From assembly GCA_951406725.2 (NCBI GenBank), contig OX597817.1:138818001-138882000 (forward strand): a stretch of 64,000 bases of DNA, in the 5' to 3' direction. The DNA comes from Octopus vulgaris (Eukaryota). Shown here piece by piece: positions 29,057-41,762 of the stretch. A program made the translations under genes and the position numbers. Position 1 is the first letter of the stretch. Each line of letters opens with the position of its first letter. The notes below the pieces were generated by a model. The model made no database searches. It had not been told where the DNA came from and saw only the letters and a program-made list of their open reading frames with translations.

Positions 29057-31015
29057 GCGTGTACACACACACACATACACATACGTGTGTCGGGGGAGTA
29101 CGGGAGAGGGTTGCGTGTGTATTTCAGTACTGAAAATCGAAGCTGTAAATGAAATATTTAGAATGGAAGCACATTTTCTTTATGGTTTTCATGAACCTCT
29201 GATGTACCGTGTTACCGTTTGCTCCTCAAACAAGACTCGTTCTCTTTCCTCCATCATCCACATAGACTATTCACTTAAAATATACAAACCAGTCGTAGCT
29301 GCTATTTTCATGTTTTCCCTCGACTATAATCACAGGATCTAAAAAATATGGTGCGAGCTAGTTAGACGATTTCATTGACTCCAGTAATTGACTGGTAGTA
29401 TATCTTATCGACCCCGAGATGTATAGAAGGCAAAGCTGACCTTGGTAGGGTTTGAAACCGGAACATAATGCATTTTAACTAAATACGCCAAACGTATTCT
29501 GCCCAAATGCTCTTTTGCAAATTCACCCCCTCTTAACCACCCCCTTTACCAATATATTTCTTGCTCTCTCACTTTGCACTTCTTTTTTTGTTTCTTCTCA
29601 CCCCTCTCCCTTTGCTTTTTTTCTATTTATTTCCCCATTACATGCACGCACATACACACGCACTCACCGCACGCGCACACAAACACACACACTCATGAAA
29701 TCTGTCGGAGGGATAACCGCGAGGACAAAGAAATAAGAACCCGCAATATGGTAGAAGCCATAGCCATTCATAATAAAAAGGAATGTCCCAGTGAAGACCT
29801 TAATAAAATATAAGCAAAACAGACCTGATATAATGATTTGGGATAGAGAAGAGAAACTGTGTACAGTTGTGGAAATTAGCTGCTCAGTGGATGTTAACAT
29901 CAGTGAAAAAGAGAACACCTATGCTGAACTATTGAGAGTTCTGCAGATTACAAGTTGAGGTTTATACCTGTAATTAATGGAGACCTGGGATATGTAACAC
30001 ACTGCCTAAATACCATACCAATCTTGAGAAATTAGGCTTCGTAAAACCAGAAAGAAGAAAGCAAATTCGAAGACTACAGATCCATTGGATGACCCGAGTG
30101 CAACTGGATGCTGGGTCAAAACGGATCATTAGGGGAACATTTCTGCATTATGACAGTTGATATGAACATTATCGAGTACACATACTCATATGTATGAGCC
30201 TTGCTTATTTGCCGGCCGGTTGCGAGTTGATGCGAAAGAAAATTAAATTGCGAATTTAAGGCAGCTCCAGCAATTTAGGCATAATCGGTCGCACATATAT
30301 AGTGTGTGTGTTTTGTTTAAAGGACAATCTTCTGCGGGATAGCGTCCAAAGAAAGCTCCCAACTCGACGCCGAGTATTCAAAACGCAGAGACAACTCGCA
30401 CGGAAGGGATCGAGAATGGTAGACACCGATTCATTTTTTGTTTCCAGCTGATCCGATTACATGGGATTGATAAGCAACAATAACGGCGAAATATCGATAT
30501 CTGTCATTTTCAATCACTACGGGAGTAGTTCTCTCGTCTGGTTTGGGACAACCAGTATTCGTTAACATTCAGCGTCGTGTAGGGATCTTGCCCTGGAGGC
30601 CATTTTCGCAGGAATTAGCGTTTAAACAACACACACACGTATGCTTGCGTGTATGTGTGAGTGTGTGTGTATGCATGCATGCATGTATGTGTATGATTAC
30701 TGACTGACGCATTCGCTTGGATTCCACTAAACACCCTATATGTACTGTGTGTATGTGGATGTACAGAAAAGTTCATGGCTTTGAAGGTATCGCGAAAGGC
30801 CTGGCTTGAGGCCCAAACTTCCGAGGTTTTTTACAGGGTTTAGAAAAATTGAAGGGCCATTGCAATAAGTGTGTGAATTCGAGAAGGAAATATCTTCAAT
30901 GAAATTATTTCTACTCATATTCACCTATATTTCGTTTTTATCCAAAGTCAGGAACTTTTGTGTCCCCACCTCGTATACATGCATACATACATACATACAT
31001 ACATACATACATACA

Positions 31016-31052
<37 letters not shown>
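25552..31052 (+). repeat. ~5.5 kb tandem duplication, copy 2
   Basis: Starts ATGAAGCCATGGGTCGGC as at 20040 and ends in the (TACA)n/TA tract. Confidence 0.97.
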
Positions 31053-31110
<58 letters not shown>

Positions 31111-31200
31111 AGTGAGAATTTACAAAAAAAACAAAAGACGAAGACGGGTGTGTAAATAACAGACTGATGTATTAGTTTGACCCTCGGGAAGTGAGAAAGT

Positions 31201-31236
31201 CTTTTACGTTTCGAGCCTACGCTCTTCAGCAGAAAG
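31201..31236 (-). ncRNA. Minimal hammerhead-like motif with variant core
   Basis: CTTT-CTGCTGA-A-GAGC gtag GCTC-GAAAC-GTA-AAAG. All stems pair, but the core has A6>C. Confidence 0.45.
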
Positions 31237-31599
31237 GAACACAGAAATAAACAGGGAGAGAAAATAGAAAAAGGTTTACTGGCTAGCGATCTATCATGGC
31301 GAATGCAGGACAGAGGGTTCATATAGGAGATATATACATATAAAGATATATATATATATATAATCATAAAATTAAGGATAAAATCACATTGATGATTTTA
31401 TCAAGTGGCCAACGTGAAATAAAAACCTTGTAGGTAACATTTTATACTAATTCATACTAATAAAAAATAATTATATTAAAGGGTGTGGATAAACCCCATC
31501 AACACGCTAGAAATAGACGCCAAAAGGCGCAAAAATCCACTTCTGTATTCCATTAACCCTAATCCCTTCAATATAGTTATTTTATGTAATTATAAATTA

Positions 31600-31683
<84 letters not shown>

Positions 31684-31848
31684 TCTCATTCCAGATCTCT
31701 TTATCAGTCTTATTTTCTTTTCCTCTTTTTCTCTCCATCTCTCTTCTCTATACCTAAATACTATACACACTTTTGTACGAACACACACTTTTATAAAATA
31801 CTTTTATGCAATTCTAAATACATGTCCATACGTAAGTATATATATATC

Positions 31849-31907
<59 letters not shown>

Positions 31908-32000
31908 CTGTGTGTGTGTCTATTTACATGTACGTGCGTAAACGCGTACACATTTACAGGTGCACGCAAGCCCGTTCACACACACACACACACACACACA

Positions 32001-32057
<57 letters not shown>

Positions 32058-32127
32058 AAACGCACGCACACGCTCATACATGTACAGAATAACTTCAATT
32101 CCAAATCCATCTTCTCGTTGCTTCAGA

Positions 32128-32293
<166 letters not shown>

Positions 32294-32300
32294 TGTTAAG

Positions 32301-32512
32301 TCGTCGAGTTGGCAGAATCGTTAGCACGCCGGGCGAAATATTTCGCGGTATTTTGTCTGCCGCTACGTTCTGAGTTCAAATTCCGCCGATTTCGACTTTG
32401 CCTTTCATCCTTTCGGAGTCGATAAATTCAGTACCAGTTACGCACTGGTGTCGATATAATCGATTACTCCCCTCCCCCAAAATTTCAAGGCCTTGTGTCT
32501 TCAGTAGAAAGG
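32301..32512 (+). mobile_element. SINE with Meta/Sauria-like central domain
   Basis: GAGTTGGCAGAATCGTTAGC...GAGTTCAAATTCC...GCCTTTCATCCTTTCGGAGTCGATAAATT. Same head and core as the copies at 38.5, 40.1, 50.4 and 51.7 kb, but a different tail. Confidence 0.75.
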
Positions 32513-32529
32513 ATTATTGTTATTATTAT

Positions 32530-32568
<39 letters not shown>

Positions 32569-32923
32569 TATATATATATATATATATATATAGATATATA
32601 TATATATATATAGATAGATAGATAGATAGATAGATGTGAAAGAGGACATGTCACTGAAGTTTCGATGAATGACGAGAGGTTATTGACAAACCCGGCTGAT
32701 TGATCGATGGACTGAACCATTAATCAAGCGATTGGTTAGTGAATTCGTTAAAACCAATTGACAGTGACAAGTAAAACAGAGCCAATGCGTGTGTTTCTAA
32801 TGGTATAATGACCGTCCCGAAATAGAAAAAGAATACGTTTCGACACACAAGCTCGCATCAAGAATTTTGCAAACCGGTGTGTATGTTTGTGTGTGTGTGT
32901 ACGACACATACACATCCATGTAT

Positions 32924-32965
<42 letters not shown>

Positions 32966-34139
32966 CAGTTGTAACGATAAAGTCAAACCAAATAGTGAGA
33001 TGGAAGACATTCCTCAATTGATATGTATGTGTGTATGCGTGCGTGTTTGCACATATATACATATTGACATACACACGCATATATATATGTGTGTGTATAT
33101 ATATATATATGTTTGTGTAGTTGTTTCTATTATTTTGACGCCATTTTCTATATTTCCTTCGTTTACCAATCAACAAATTAAAATCTCAAAACTAAAAAAA
33201 AGCAAAAACACAATTCTTCTTGTCTTCTTAAGTTCCAACACCATCCTGGTATCATCCAACTGATGAACAAGTGATTGCAATGGAGCAGCGAATTCAATCC
33301 ATTCTGTACTAATTAATCATGATACTGTATCGACGTGTGTGTTTGAGTGTGTCTATATGTATACTGACAGGTTGGTAGAGAGGGAAGCAGTGATTTTAAT
33401 CTCAAATATGTAATTCAATTATATTTTCAATTCTGTTAGTCTGCGCGGTGTTTTCGGAATTGATTCAAATTCTTTTGCGATTTGATAAAAAATCTCCTCC
33501 TAGACACCCCACCCCACCTCACCAAAAAAGACAGTATTTGCTGCTGTCGATGCGAAGCAGGAAATGATTTAGCTTTGATTAAGTTGATTGAACACTATGC
33601 AAGTTGGTTTTTGACATTTCCCTGGCTGGCTGGCTGGCTGGCTGGAGGGTGGGTGGGTAAGATGTTTGTTTAGTAACTATGTGATCCTTGGTTCGATCTC
33701 ATTGCATGATAAACTGGCTTCTATGATTGCTTTGTGTTGACCATTGCTTTTGCTGACGTGGACTGTGCAGAACTCTATCACAGTGGCATTTGAAGTTTCA
33801 ACGTCAATGCGTATGTGCGAGCGCGTGTGTATGTGTGTACTTGCGTCTGTGTGTGTGTGCGACGGGCTGCCATTCGTGTCCCACACTTACCGCTATGAAG
33901 GTATGTATGTGTATATGTACACACACACACACTGACGCAAGTACACACATACGCGCTCGCACACACACACACCTACTGGATCTAGCAACCATTTACATCG
34001 AAAAGCCAACCAAGGAAATGTAAACCGCATGGATAATCATCAACTTCGACCAATTTGTAGTAGTAGAAATACTCATGATACAGTTAGCACGATAACAACG
34101 CCGGTAAATGGAGTCAGGGTTGCTTTATGTACAAATAAA

Positions 34140-34577
34140 AACGATAAATGCTCATGCAGAAATAAATAAAAATGTCCTTTGATGAATCTCTGTTTGAGTA
34201 CAAATCTTGTATATAAATGTACCATGCACTCAAGGAGAAGGCTCTATGTTTACATTGGGCAGACGGCTGATTCATTTAAGAATCGTTATCGTAATTATGT
34301 TGCCAGCTTTAGGTCAATCAATAAGAGACATTTGACTTCTTTGGCAGATTTTATATGGCGACTGATGGAGGCTAATACAAAATACATTACTTGGTCCGTA
34401 GTTAGACATGCAAAACCATTCAGTGCAATTTCCAGGAGATGCCGTCTCTGCTCCGATGAATCCCTGTCTATTCTGTGGACTAACGAAAAGATACTTAATA
34501 GAATTTCTGAAAGACTATCGAGATGCCTACACGCATATAAATGTACTTTCGCACAATACAGTGAAAATGAATTTTGA
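34140..34577 (+). mobile_element. Penelope-like (Neptune-type) GIY-YIG endonuclease remnant
   Basis: KCSCRNK*KCPL...NLVYKC...VYIGQTADSFKNRYRN...TSLADFIW...CRLC..E...LNR.SE....C.H. Confidence 0.88.
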
Positions 34578-34800
34578 GTAACCGTTAACTTAGTATAATT
34601 GTATTTCATATTACTTTAAGGTATCGCTGACAATTTTACTTTAAACCTTCCCGTTCTTCTAAGCACCTACTAAATATCTAACCCGCTTTGTAATCATGAG
34701 TGCGCCTAACCGCGCGTGTGCGTATGCTTACATTTTTGCTAATGCTTGTATGAGCGTGTGTACTCGTGGTATGCAGCTTGCCCAAGGGCGTTTATACATC

Positions 34801-36275
34801 CTGTTTCTTTATTAGCCACAAGGGCCCAAACATAGAGGGGGACAATACAACCTGATTGGGGTCAGACACACAATGATTATATGACTTTTAAAATTATACA
34901 AAATCTAATGAAATTGAATGAGATGCAACAAAGACAAAATACAAACATGAAATGAAGCAGAGAGATGGGTTACGCTCCGACCCCACGAGCCCATTCTCCT
35001 ACAGGAACCTTTGTATGCAGACTTATGACATGTTCACGAGGAATCTTTCATTCCCAACACCCTCGCAACATGCAACCATCTTTCTTTGAACATTTTCTTT
35101 GGCAGGGATCTTCTCTCCAGCCTCACCTTCCTTTTAAGGTGGAAGATAAAAAATCTCACCAACCCGAGACCGGAGATGAGGTTGCCTGTCGCCAAACCTT
35201 TCATTCGCGGTTTCCATATCACCTCTTTCGCCATTGCTACTACTGCGAGAAAACATTGCTTACCTTCTTTCGTGAGGAAATCCGGTGGGTCAATTTTTAC
35301 GATTGACTCAGACGACAGCTGTACTCTTCCCGAACCTGACAGCAGATGTTCTGCATAAGCCCACACTTCAGACACTCTCGGACACGGTTTCCCTATCCTG
35401 TCCGCATCTTGGACAGTCGGCAGTACTAGTTCGACCGTGTCGTGCGAGCTTATCCCGAATGGGCAAGACTCCTCGGTAACATTGCCAGGCCAGGGATTTT
35501 TGGAAATTATCCAAACACCCCGGTCCGAATGTCCTTCGAAACAGACTGTCTAAATGGTTACCTCCGAGACCTAGGGTCTCCTCTAGGGTATCGTCGTTCC
35601 CAGCCACTACCAACCTGCTATAGAAAGATGTGGTGGTACCAAAACCGCTGGCATTACCCGAGCGATGGAGCTGTATGAGTGCTTTAAGGCACTCCGTAAA
35701 CCATGTACCCAACCTCGATCTACGAAGGAACCAGCTTTCTTGTCCACTAAAACTAGTGAACCTGAGCAACATCCGTTTCGCGAGCAGAGACCACACCTGT
35801 TCACCATTCAGGTGTAGCCAGAGATGCCTTAACATCAGCGCATGTTTGCGCATCAACAGCCAAGATATCCCCCGTCCTCCATTTAACAGCTTCTGGCAGC
35901 AGATAGAACGCCTCACAAGAACAGTGGTGCCCTTCCGCAAAAAGCGGAAGATCTACCTCTCCAACTTGCTCAACCACGAACCGGGACAGGGCACGACGGT
36001 TAGGCTGTAAATGATGACCGATCCGATAAACACATTGGCCACCTCCGCCCTCCCTTTCAAGGATAGCCACCTGCCAAGGCCAGGTCTTGACTATGCAGGT
36101 CACCTTGCTCGATACCTCTGCCCAGTCCTTTTCTACCTGGAGGTCTGGTCCAAACCAAACTCCTAGCAGCTTAACCGGTCCCTCCGTCCAACGTCCCACG
36201 ACGCTATCCGAAGGCATCGACTTGCCCCTCCAGGTGCCGAGTTGCAAGCCGACTGACTTTTCCCGTACGACCAAA
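34801..36275 (-). mobile_element. Tx1/L1-clade LINE ORF2 C-terminal remnant with intact 3' end
   Basis: PVKLLGVWFGPDLQVEKDW...LSLKGRAEV...NGGRG...KSLAWQCYRGVLPIRDKL...CPRCGQDRETV (RT thumb plus zf-RVT). Frameshifted. Confidence 0.88.
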
Positions 36276-36999
36276 AAACACACTTTTAACTTACTGCATA
36301 ATAAGTGACATTTAAAAACTCTCTACATCCAACTTCGATTAGGAAATGCGTTTATGCATCCATATCTGTTAACGATTATTTTCAATACTTTTCTCGCCGG
36401 ATTAAGTGTTCGTTTCTCTTTTTGTCTTCTGCAATTGACATTCTTTGGCTCTTCTATATATATACGAAGAATTTTCCTCCGTCTGGCTGTTTTTCTCTCT
36501 ACAAAACGGAAAGTTGCATTATGGAACTGTCATTTTAACGAGGTTTTTTTTATTTATTTATCATCCGATGAGATACGTCTGCACCACTGGATACTCCTGA
36601 ACCAATTTTTGTGTGTCCTACAAGAGGAGTCGATGCTAGATGTGTCGAAACAATTGTTGTGATTAATAATATATTCTCGTATATTCCATCTTCTCTCTTT
36701 CTTTTGTGTCTTCGTGGAGTCGTTTTAAGTAAGCCTTCATACAGATGGTCTGAAATATCCCACCTCATCGGGCCAACATCGCTCCGATAGTCATTTGCTA
36801 GAACGTTGTAAGACGTTCTGTCTATGTGGTATACTTCAAACCCATCTTTACCATTTTTGCATTCAGTTCTTTTTAGTTTGTTTTGTTACTTTGTATTCGG
36901 CTCATTAACCCCGAGTTTGAGGTTCGAACCGCCATATACAGAACTTCTTTTTCTCTTGTTTCTTTTGTTTTTGATTTTTTGGTTTTTCCATGTCTTCTT

Positions 37000-37830
37000 T
37001 GAGTTGGCATTTTTGCCAATGATTTAATATTTATTTTAATCTTCCTTTTGCTACCAGCTTATCTCCCACTCCGTCTCTTCTTTATTTTCGCTCTCATTTT
37101 CTTCTTCTGTGCTTTCTTCTTCTGTTTTTCCATTCTCTGTAGTTTCGTCTTCCGAGTCTTCTTCATTGTTGTTCTCTTTTTCTTTTTCTTCACCAATCTT
37201 GCATTCGGACCTAACATGGCCCTTTCTTTCCACATTTAAAACATCTGGGTTTTCTACCTTCCACCATGACTACTAACTTCGTATCCATTGTATCTATGAC
37301 CTCTGGAATTTTTTCTAGGGTCATAGGCTCTGCTTGGATCATTTTTATTGTCTGTCCAAGCCAGACCTTGTCTTCTGTTACTTCCACAGAAAGAAGTGTG
37401 GTTTCTTCCTCTAAGTCGTACAGTACTGCCGCTATTAGCCATTCGGCATTCACCTCCGGTGGTACACAGCTTATCTTTATTCGGGAGGTAACCCTCCCCA
37501 TATAATTCGGCAACAGTACCACCTCATCCGTTCGCAGGGGCTCCACCGAACACTTTTGCGCCTGTTCCACTGTTGACATCCTCACTTCAACAGTTGCGTA
37601 TCTTTTTCCTCTGGCCAAATATTTGATGTCTTTCCAAATTGGCCTTAAACATTTTTCTACGTTTTTGTCATTTACATAGACAATTCTTTTCTTTTCCACG
37701 TTCATTGCAGGAAAATTGTCTGCCCTGAAATTGTATTTCAGATTTCGAAACAAATGAAAATCGTATGGATTAAGGTTGGCGAAAATAGGCTTCATGGAAT
37801 ATTTCTTCAAAACTATCTTCACGAATGGTA
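37000..37830 (-). mobile_element. LINE ORF1 (gag-like, zinc knuckle) remnant
   Basis: ...VMVEGRKPRCFKCGKKG/HVRSEC, a CX2CX4HX4C knuckle split by a frameshift, followed by a K/E-rich tract. Lies upstream of and on the same strand as the Tx1-like ORF2. Confidence 0.75.
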
Positions 37831-38544
37831 GTCTTTGTCGTGAAGAAACAGGACACTGGCACCCATCATTCTACGACACTTTGCCTTGCTGCAATCTCAC
37901 AGCCATGGCAACATCATCAGCTTACGAAACCCCCGTTCATTGTTGTCTAAACTGTTTCATAGTCATTTAACACATTAGCTCCCACACGTCCTGCCGGTGG
38001 GTCGTGGTGGTATGTTAACGAATGCCACACGACCCACCAGCTAATCGTTTTTAAATTTCTTTCACATGGACTTTCTGAGAGCTGGAATGCTCCGATTGCT
38101 TTGGTTTGTGCTTTTATTACACTGAGAACAATTTTTTGTGGATTTTTTATATCATTTTCTTTTTTTCGTTTTCCTTCTGATTTCACCATGTAATGAGTTA
38201 AAATAAAAGATTGAGTAGTGAGAACATTTTATTTGCTATTGAAACAAAAATAGTTCTTTTTGAAAAAATTGGTATATTTTCCAATAGAAACGGAAGGGTT
38301 TGAAAAATATTCTACTTGCCAATAGAAAATACCCAAAATTTTAAATTCATCACGGGTAGGTCGTGTGATATCTAGGATGTGATATGGACTAGGGTACGAC
38401 ATGACCCTCCAGTGAGATATGGATATCTAACACTATTTATGTGATCCTTGTCTCGCATTAAGCCGCTCATGTCAAAATTTATTAAAACATCTTCAACACA
38501 CTAATCGACATATACCCATTATGCGTATATATATATATATATAT

Positions 38545-38763
38545 TTATTGCCCACAGGGGGCTAAACATAGAGGAGACAAACAAGGACAGACAAACGGAT
38601 TAAGTCGATTATATCGATCCCAGCGCGTAACTGGTACTTAATTTATCGACCCCGAAAGGATGAAAGGGAAAGTCGACCTCGGCGGAAGTTGAACTCAGAA
38701 CGCAGCGGCGGACGAAATACCGCTAAGCATTTTGCCCGGCGTGCTAACGATTCTGCCAGCTCG
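38545..38763 (-). mobile_element. Meta-like SINE copy
   Basis: Reverse complement of the family at 51658. Confidence 0.85.
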
Positions 38764-38775
38764 ACACCCTATGCG

Positions 38776-38828
<53 letters not shown>

Positions 38829-39318
38829 TGTGCATGGAGAAGTCCACAGATGCATCTATCTATCATCCCTTCATATGCATGCATGTCTGTGTGTGTGTGT
38901 GTGTATACACGCGCACACGTTTACGCAGAGTGCAGAGATTTTAGGGAAGGACTGATGAAATAATAATTGCGATGTTTTTCTAAATTTCTTGAAGACGTTA
39001 ATGACAATTCGTGAAGGAACATCTCGAGTGAAGAAGACTTCAAGACTTGGTTCCATCATAGAATGACATCAGGAATAATATTGATCAAACGATAGATTGA
39101 GACACATTACATCTCATGGTGTTTCAATCATCTCACATTTCCACCACCAGCAACAGCAACAACAACAACACTGTAGAAATAGAAGGAGCTTCTATGTAGC
39201 TGCCCTGTCTACTAGATATTACAGCTAAATCTCAAATTACACCCAATTTGAGATCTATCATCTATATCTAGCAGGCAAAGCAGCCACACGCACATACATA
39301 CATACATACATACATACA

Positions 39319-39351
<33 letters not shown>

Positions 39352-39575
39352 TATACACGTGTGCACACACATATACACACATACATACGCACATACGCAC
39401 ATACGCACACACACATTTGTGTGTGTGTGTATAGAAACACAGGAACGATGCATGGGAAAATCTAGTTTGATATGTATTGCCAAAAGAGTAAAAGCAGTTG
39501 TCTTTGATACGAGGTATACTCGACCAGAACTATTACGAAAGCAATACTATTACAACTTCTACTATTAAACTACTA

Positions 39576-39632
<57 letters not shown>

Positions 39633-40101
39633 TTACTACTATTGGCATGCAGCGGTAGTAGTAGCAGTTTGGTGTCATAGATAGTCATAACCAATTGTTT
39701 AATTTTTTTATCTTTAACCAAACTTGATTTTTTTATCAAAGTATTGTGAGAGTTGCCTCCCCTGAAATCCACTTTCTATCGGAACGTGTTAACCTCGGTC
39801 AATTATTGATTGATTGATATATCGTATTTTAGTTCCATTTGGGGGATGATGGGGGGGGGTGTATAGCACGGTGGTGGTGGGGGATGGTGGTAATGGGTGG
39901 ATTAATGAATCCATTCCATTCCTTTCTACAGTTAATTCTGCCAAATTCTTTTGTTTTTAACTTTCAGCTTTTAACACCCAACCCAACAATCCTCCAAGAA
40001 TTGTTCGTAAAGTTTTTTCTATCAAACATTTCTGTCCTGCCGTCGTCGCCACCGCCGCCGCCGCCAGTTGATATTGTTGTTTAACCCTTGGTCCGCTCTA
40101 T

Positions 40102-40336
40102 ACCTATTTCTTTACTACCCACAAGGGGCTAAACACAGAGCGGACAAACAAGGACAGACAAACGGATTAAGTCGATTACATTGACCCCACTGTGTAACTG
40201 GTACTTATTTAATCGACCCCGAAAGAATGAAAGGCAAAGTCGACCTCGGCGGAATTTGAACTCAGAACGTAGCGGCAGACTAAATACCACTAAGTATTTC
40301 GTCCAGCGTGCTAACGTTTCTGCCAGATCGCCGCCT
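40102..40336 (-). mobile_element. Meta-like SINE copy
   Basis: Reverse complement of the family at 51658, full length. Confidence 0.85.
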
Positions 40337-41049
40337 TTATACCGTTATCCGCTTTCCCATCAATGTGTGATCCATAGATCCATACTTCCACGATACACGC
40401 CTGTTTTTTTTTCTTTCTTCAGTATCAGTTTGATCATCGTTCGGCTGGCATTCCAGCCATGACCATTCTGATGTCATCGAGTCGACTACTTCAAATGTAA
40501 TGTTTCCAAGGTCTCATTTCCGATCGTATCCCTTCTCTCTTCGGACAGTCAGTGGACGAGGCATTTAAGGGAGATTTCTTGCTTTCTTCGTTTTTGTTGT
40601 TTTTACTTTCCGCATTCTCTCCGGCATTTTTGTTCTTCTCGCTTCCTAATTAGATAACATAGAGACGGTTGCTACGGCTACTTTTACTCATGGATGGGGT
40701 TGTCTGAGGTGTCATCTTTCATCTCTAAAAATGTCATCAGTTGCTGGGGAAAAACCTCATCATTCGCTTCTAGAACCTAAGGCGAACCAGATTTTCCAAT
40801 GACTCCTGAAGCTGTAACCAGTGTGACAACTTCTAATACAACGACCGTCTTCATCTGCTCTCTTGTTACTAGTTCTTCAGAACAGACCCCCACCTTCCCC
40901 ACCAGAGTGGATTTTCTTCCACAAATGAAGTAACTGGGCCATTTGCTCTCTACCGCTACTGCCATTGCTTTCTTTTTAGCACTAACGATCAAGCACGAAA
41001 AACATAAAATGTCCATGGCAAGTTCTCCAAGGAAGGGTTTTTTTTTCAT

Positions 41050-41762
41050 ATCATGTCAAGAAGGAAGGAGTGTTTTCATGTAATGTCAAGAAGCAAGGGC
41101 TGTTTTCATGTAATGTCATGAAGGAAGGGGTGTTTTCATGTAATGTCAAGAAGCAAGGGCTGTTTTCATGTCATGTCAAGAAGCAAGGGCTGTTTCCATG
41201 TCATGTCAAAAAGGAAGGGGTGTTTTCATGTAATGTCAAGAAGCAAGAGGTTTTCATGTAATGTCAAGGAGGAAGGGGTTTTTTCATGTCATGTCAAGAA
41301 AGAAGGGGTGTTTTCATGTAATGTCAAGAAGCAAGGGATGTTTTCATGTCATGTCAAGAAGCAAGGGCTGTTTTCATGTCATGTCAAAAAGGGGTGTTTT
41401 CATGTCATGTCAAGAAGGAAGGGGTGTTTTCATGTCATGTCAAGAAGCAAGGGGGTGTTTTCATGTCATGTCAAGAAGCAAGGGGTGTTGTCATGTCATG
41501 TCAAGAAAGAAGGGGTGTTTTCATGTAATGTCAAGAAGCAAGGGATGTTTTCATGTCATGTCAAGAAGCAAGGGGTATTTTCATGGCATGTCAAGAAGGG
41601 GTGTTTTCATGTCATGTCAAGAAGCAAGGGGTGTTTTCATGTCATGTCAAAAAGGAAGGGGTGTTTTCATGTAATGTCAAGAAGCAAGGGGTGTTTTCAT
41701 GTCATGTCAAGAAGGAAGGGGTGTTTTCATGTAATGTCAAGAAGCAAGAGATGTTTTCATGT
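41050..41762. repeat. 30-bp minisatellite, roughly 24 units
   Basis: Unit GTGTTTTCATGT(A/C)ATGTCAAGAAG(C/G)AAGGG. Confidence 0.95.
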
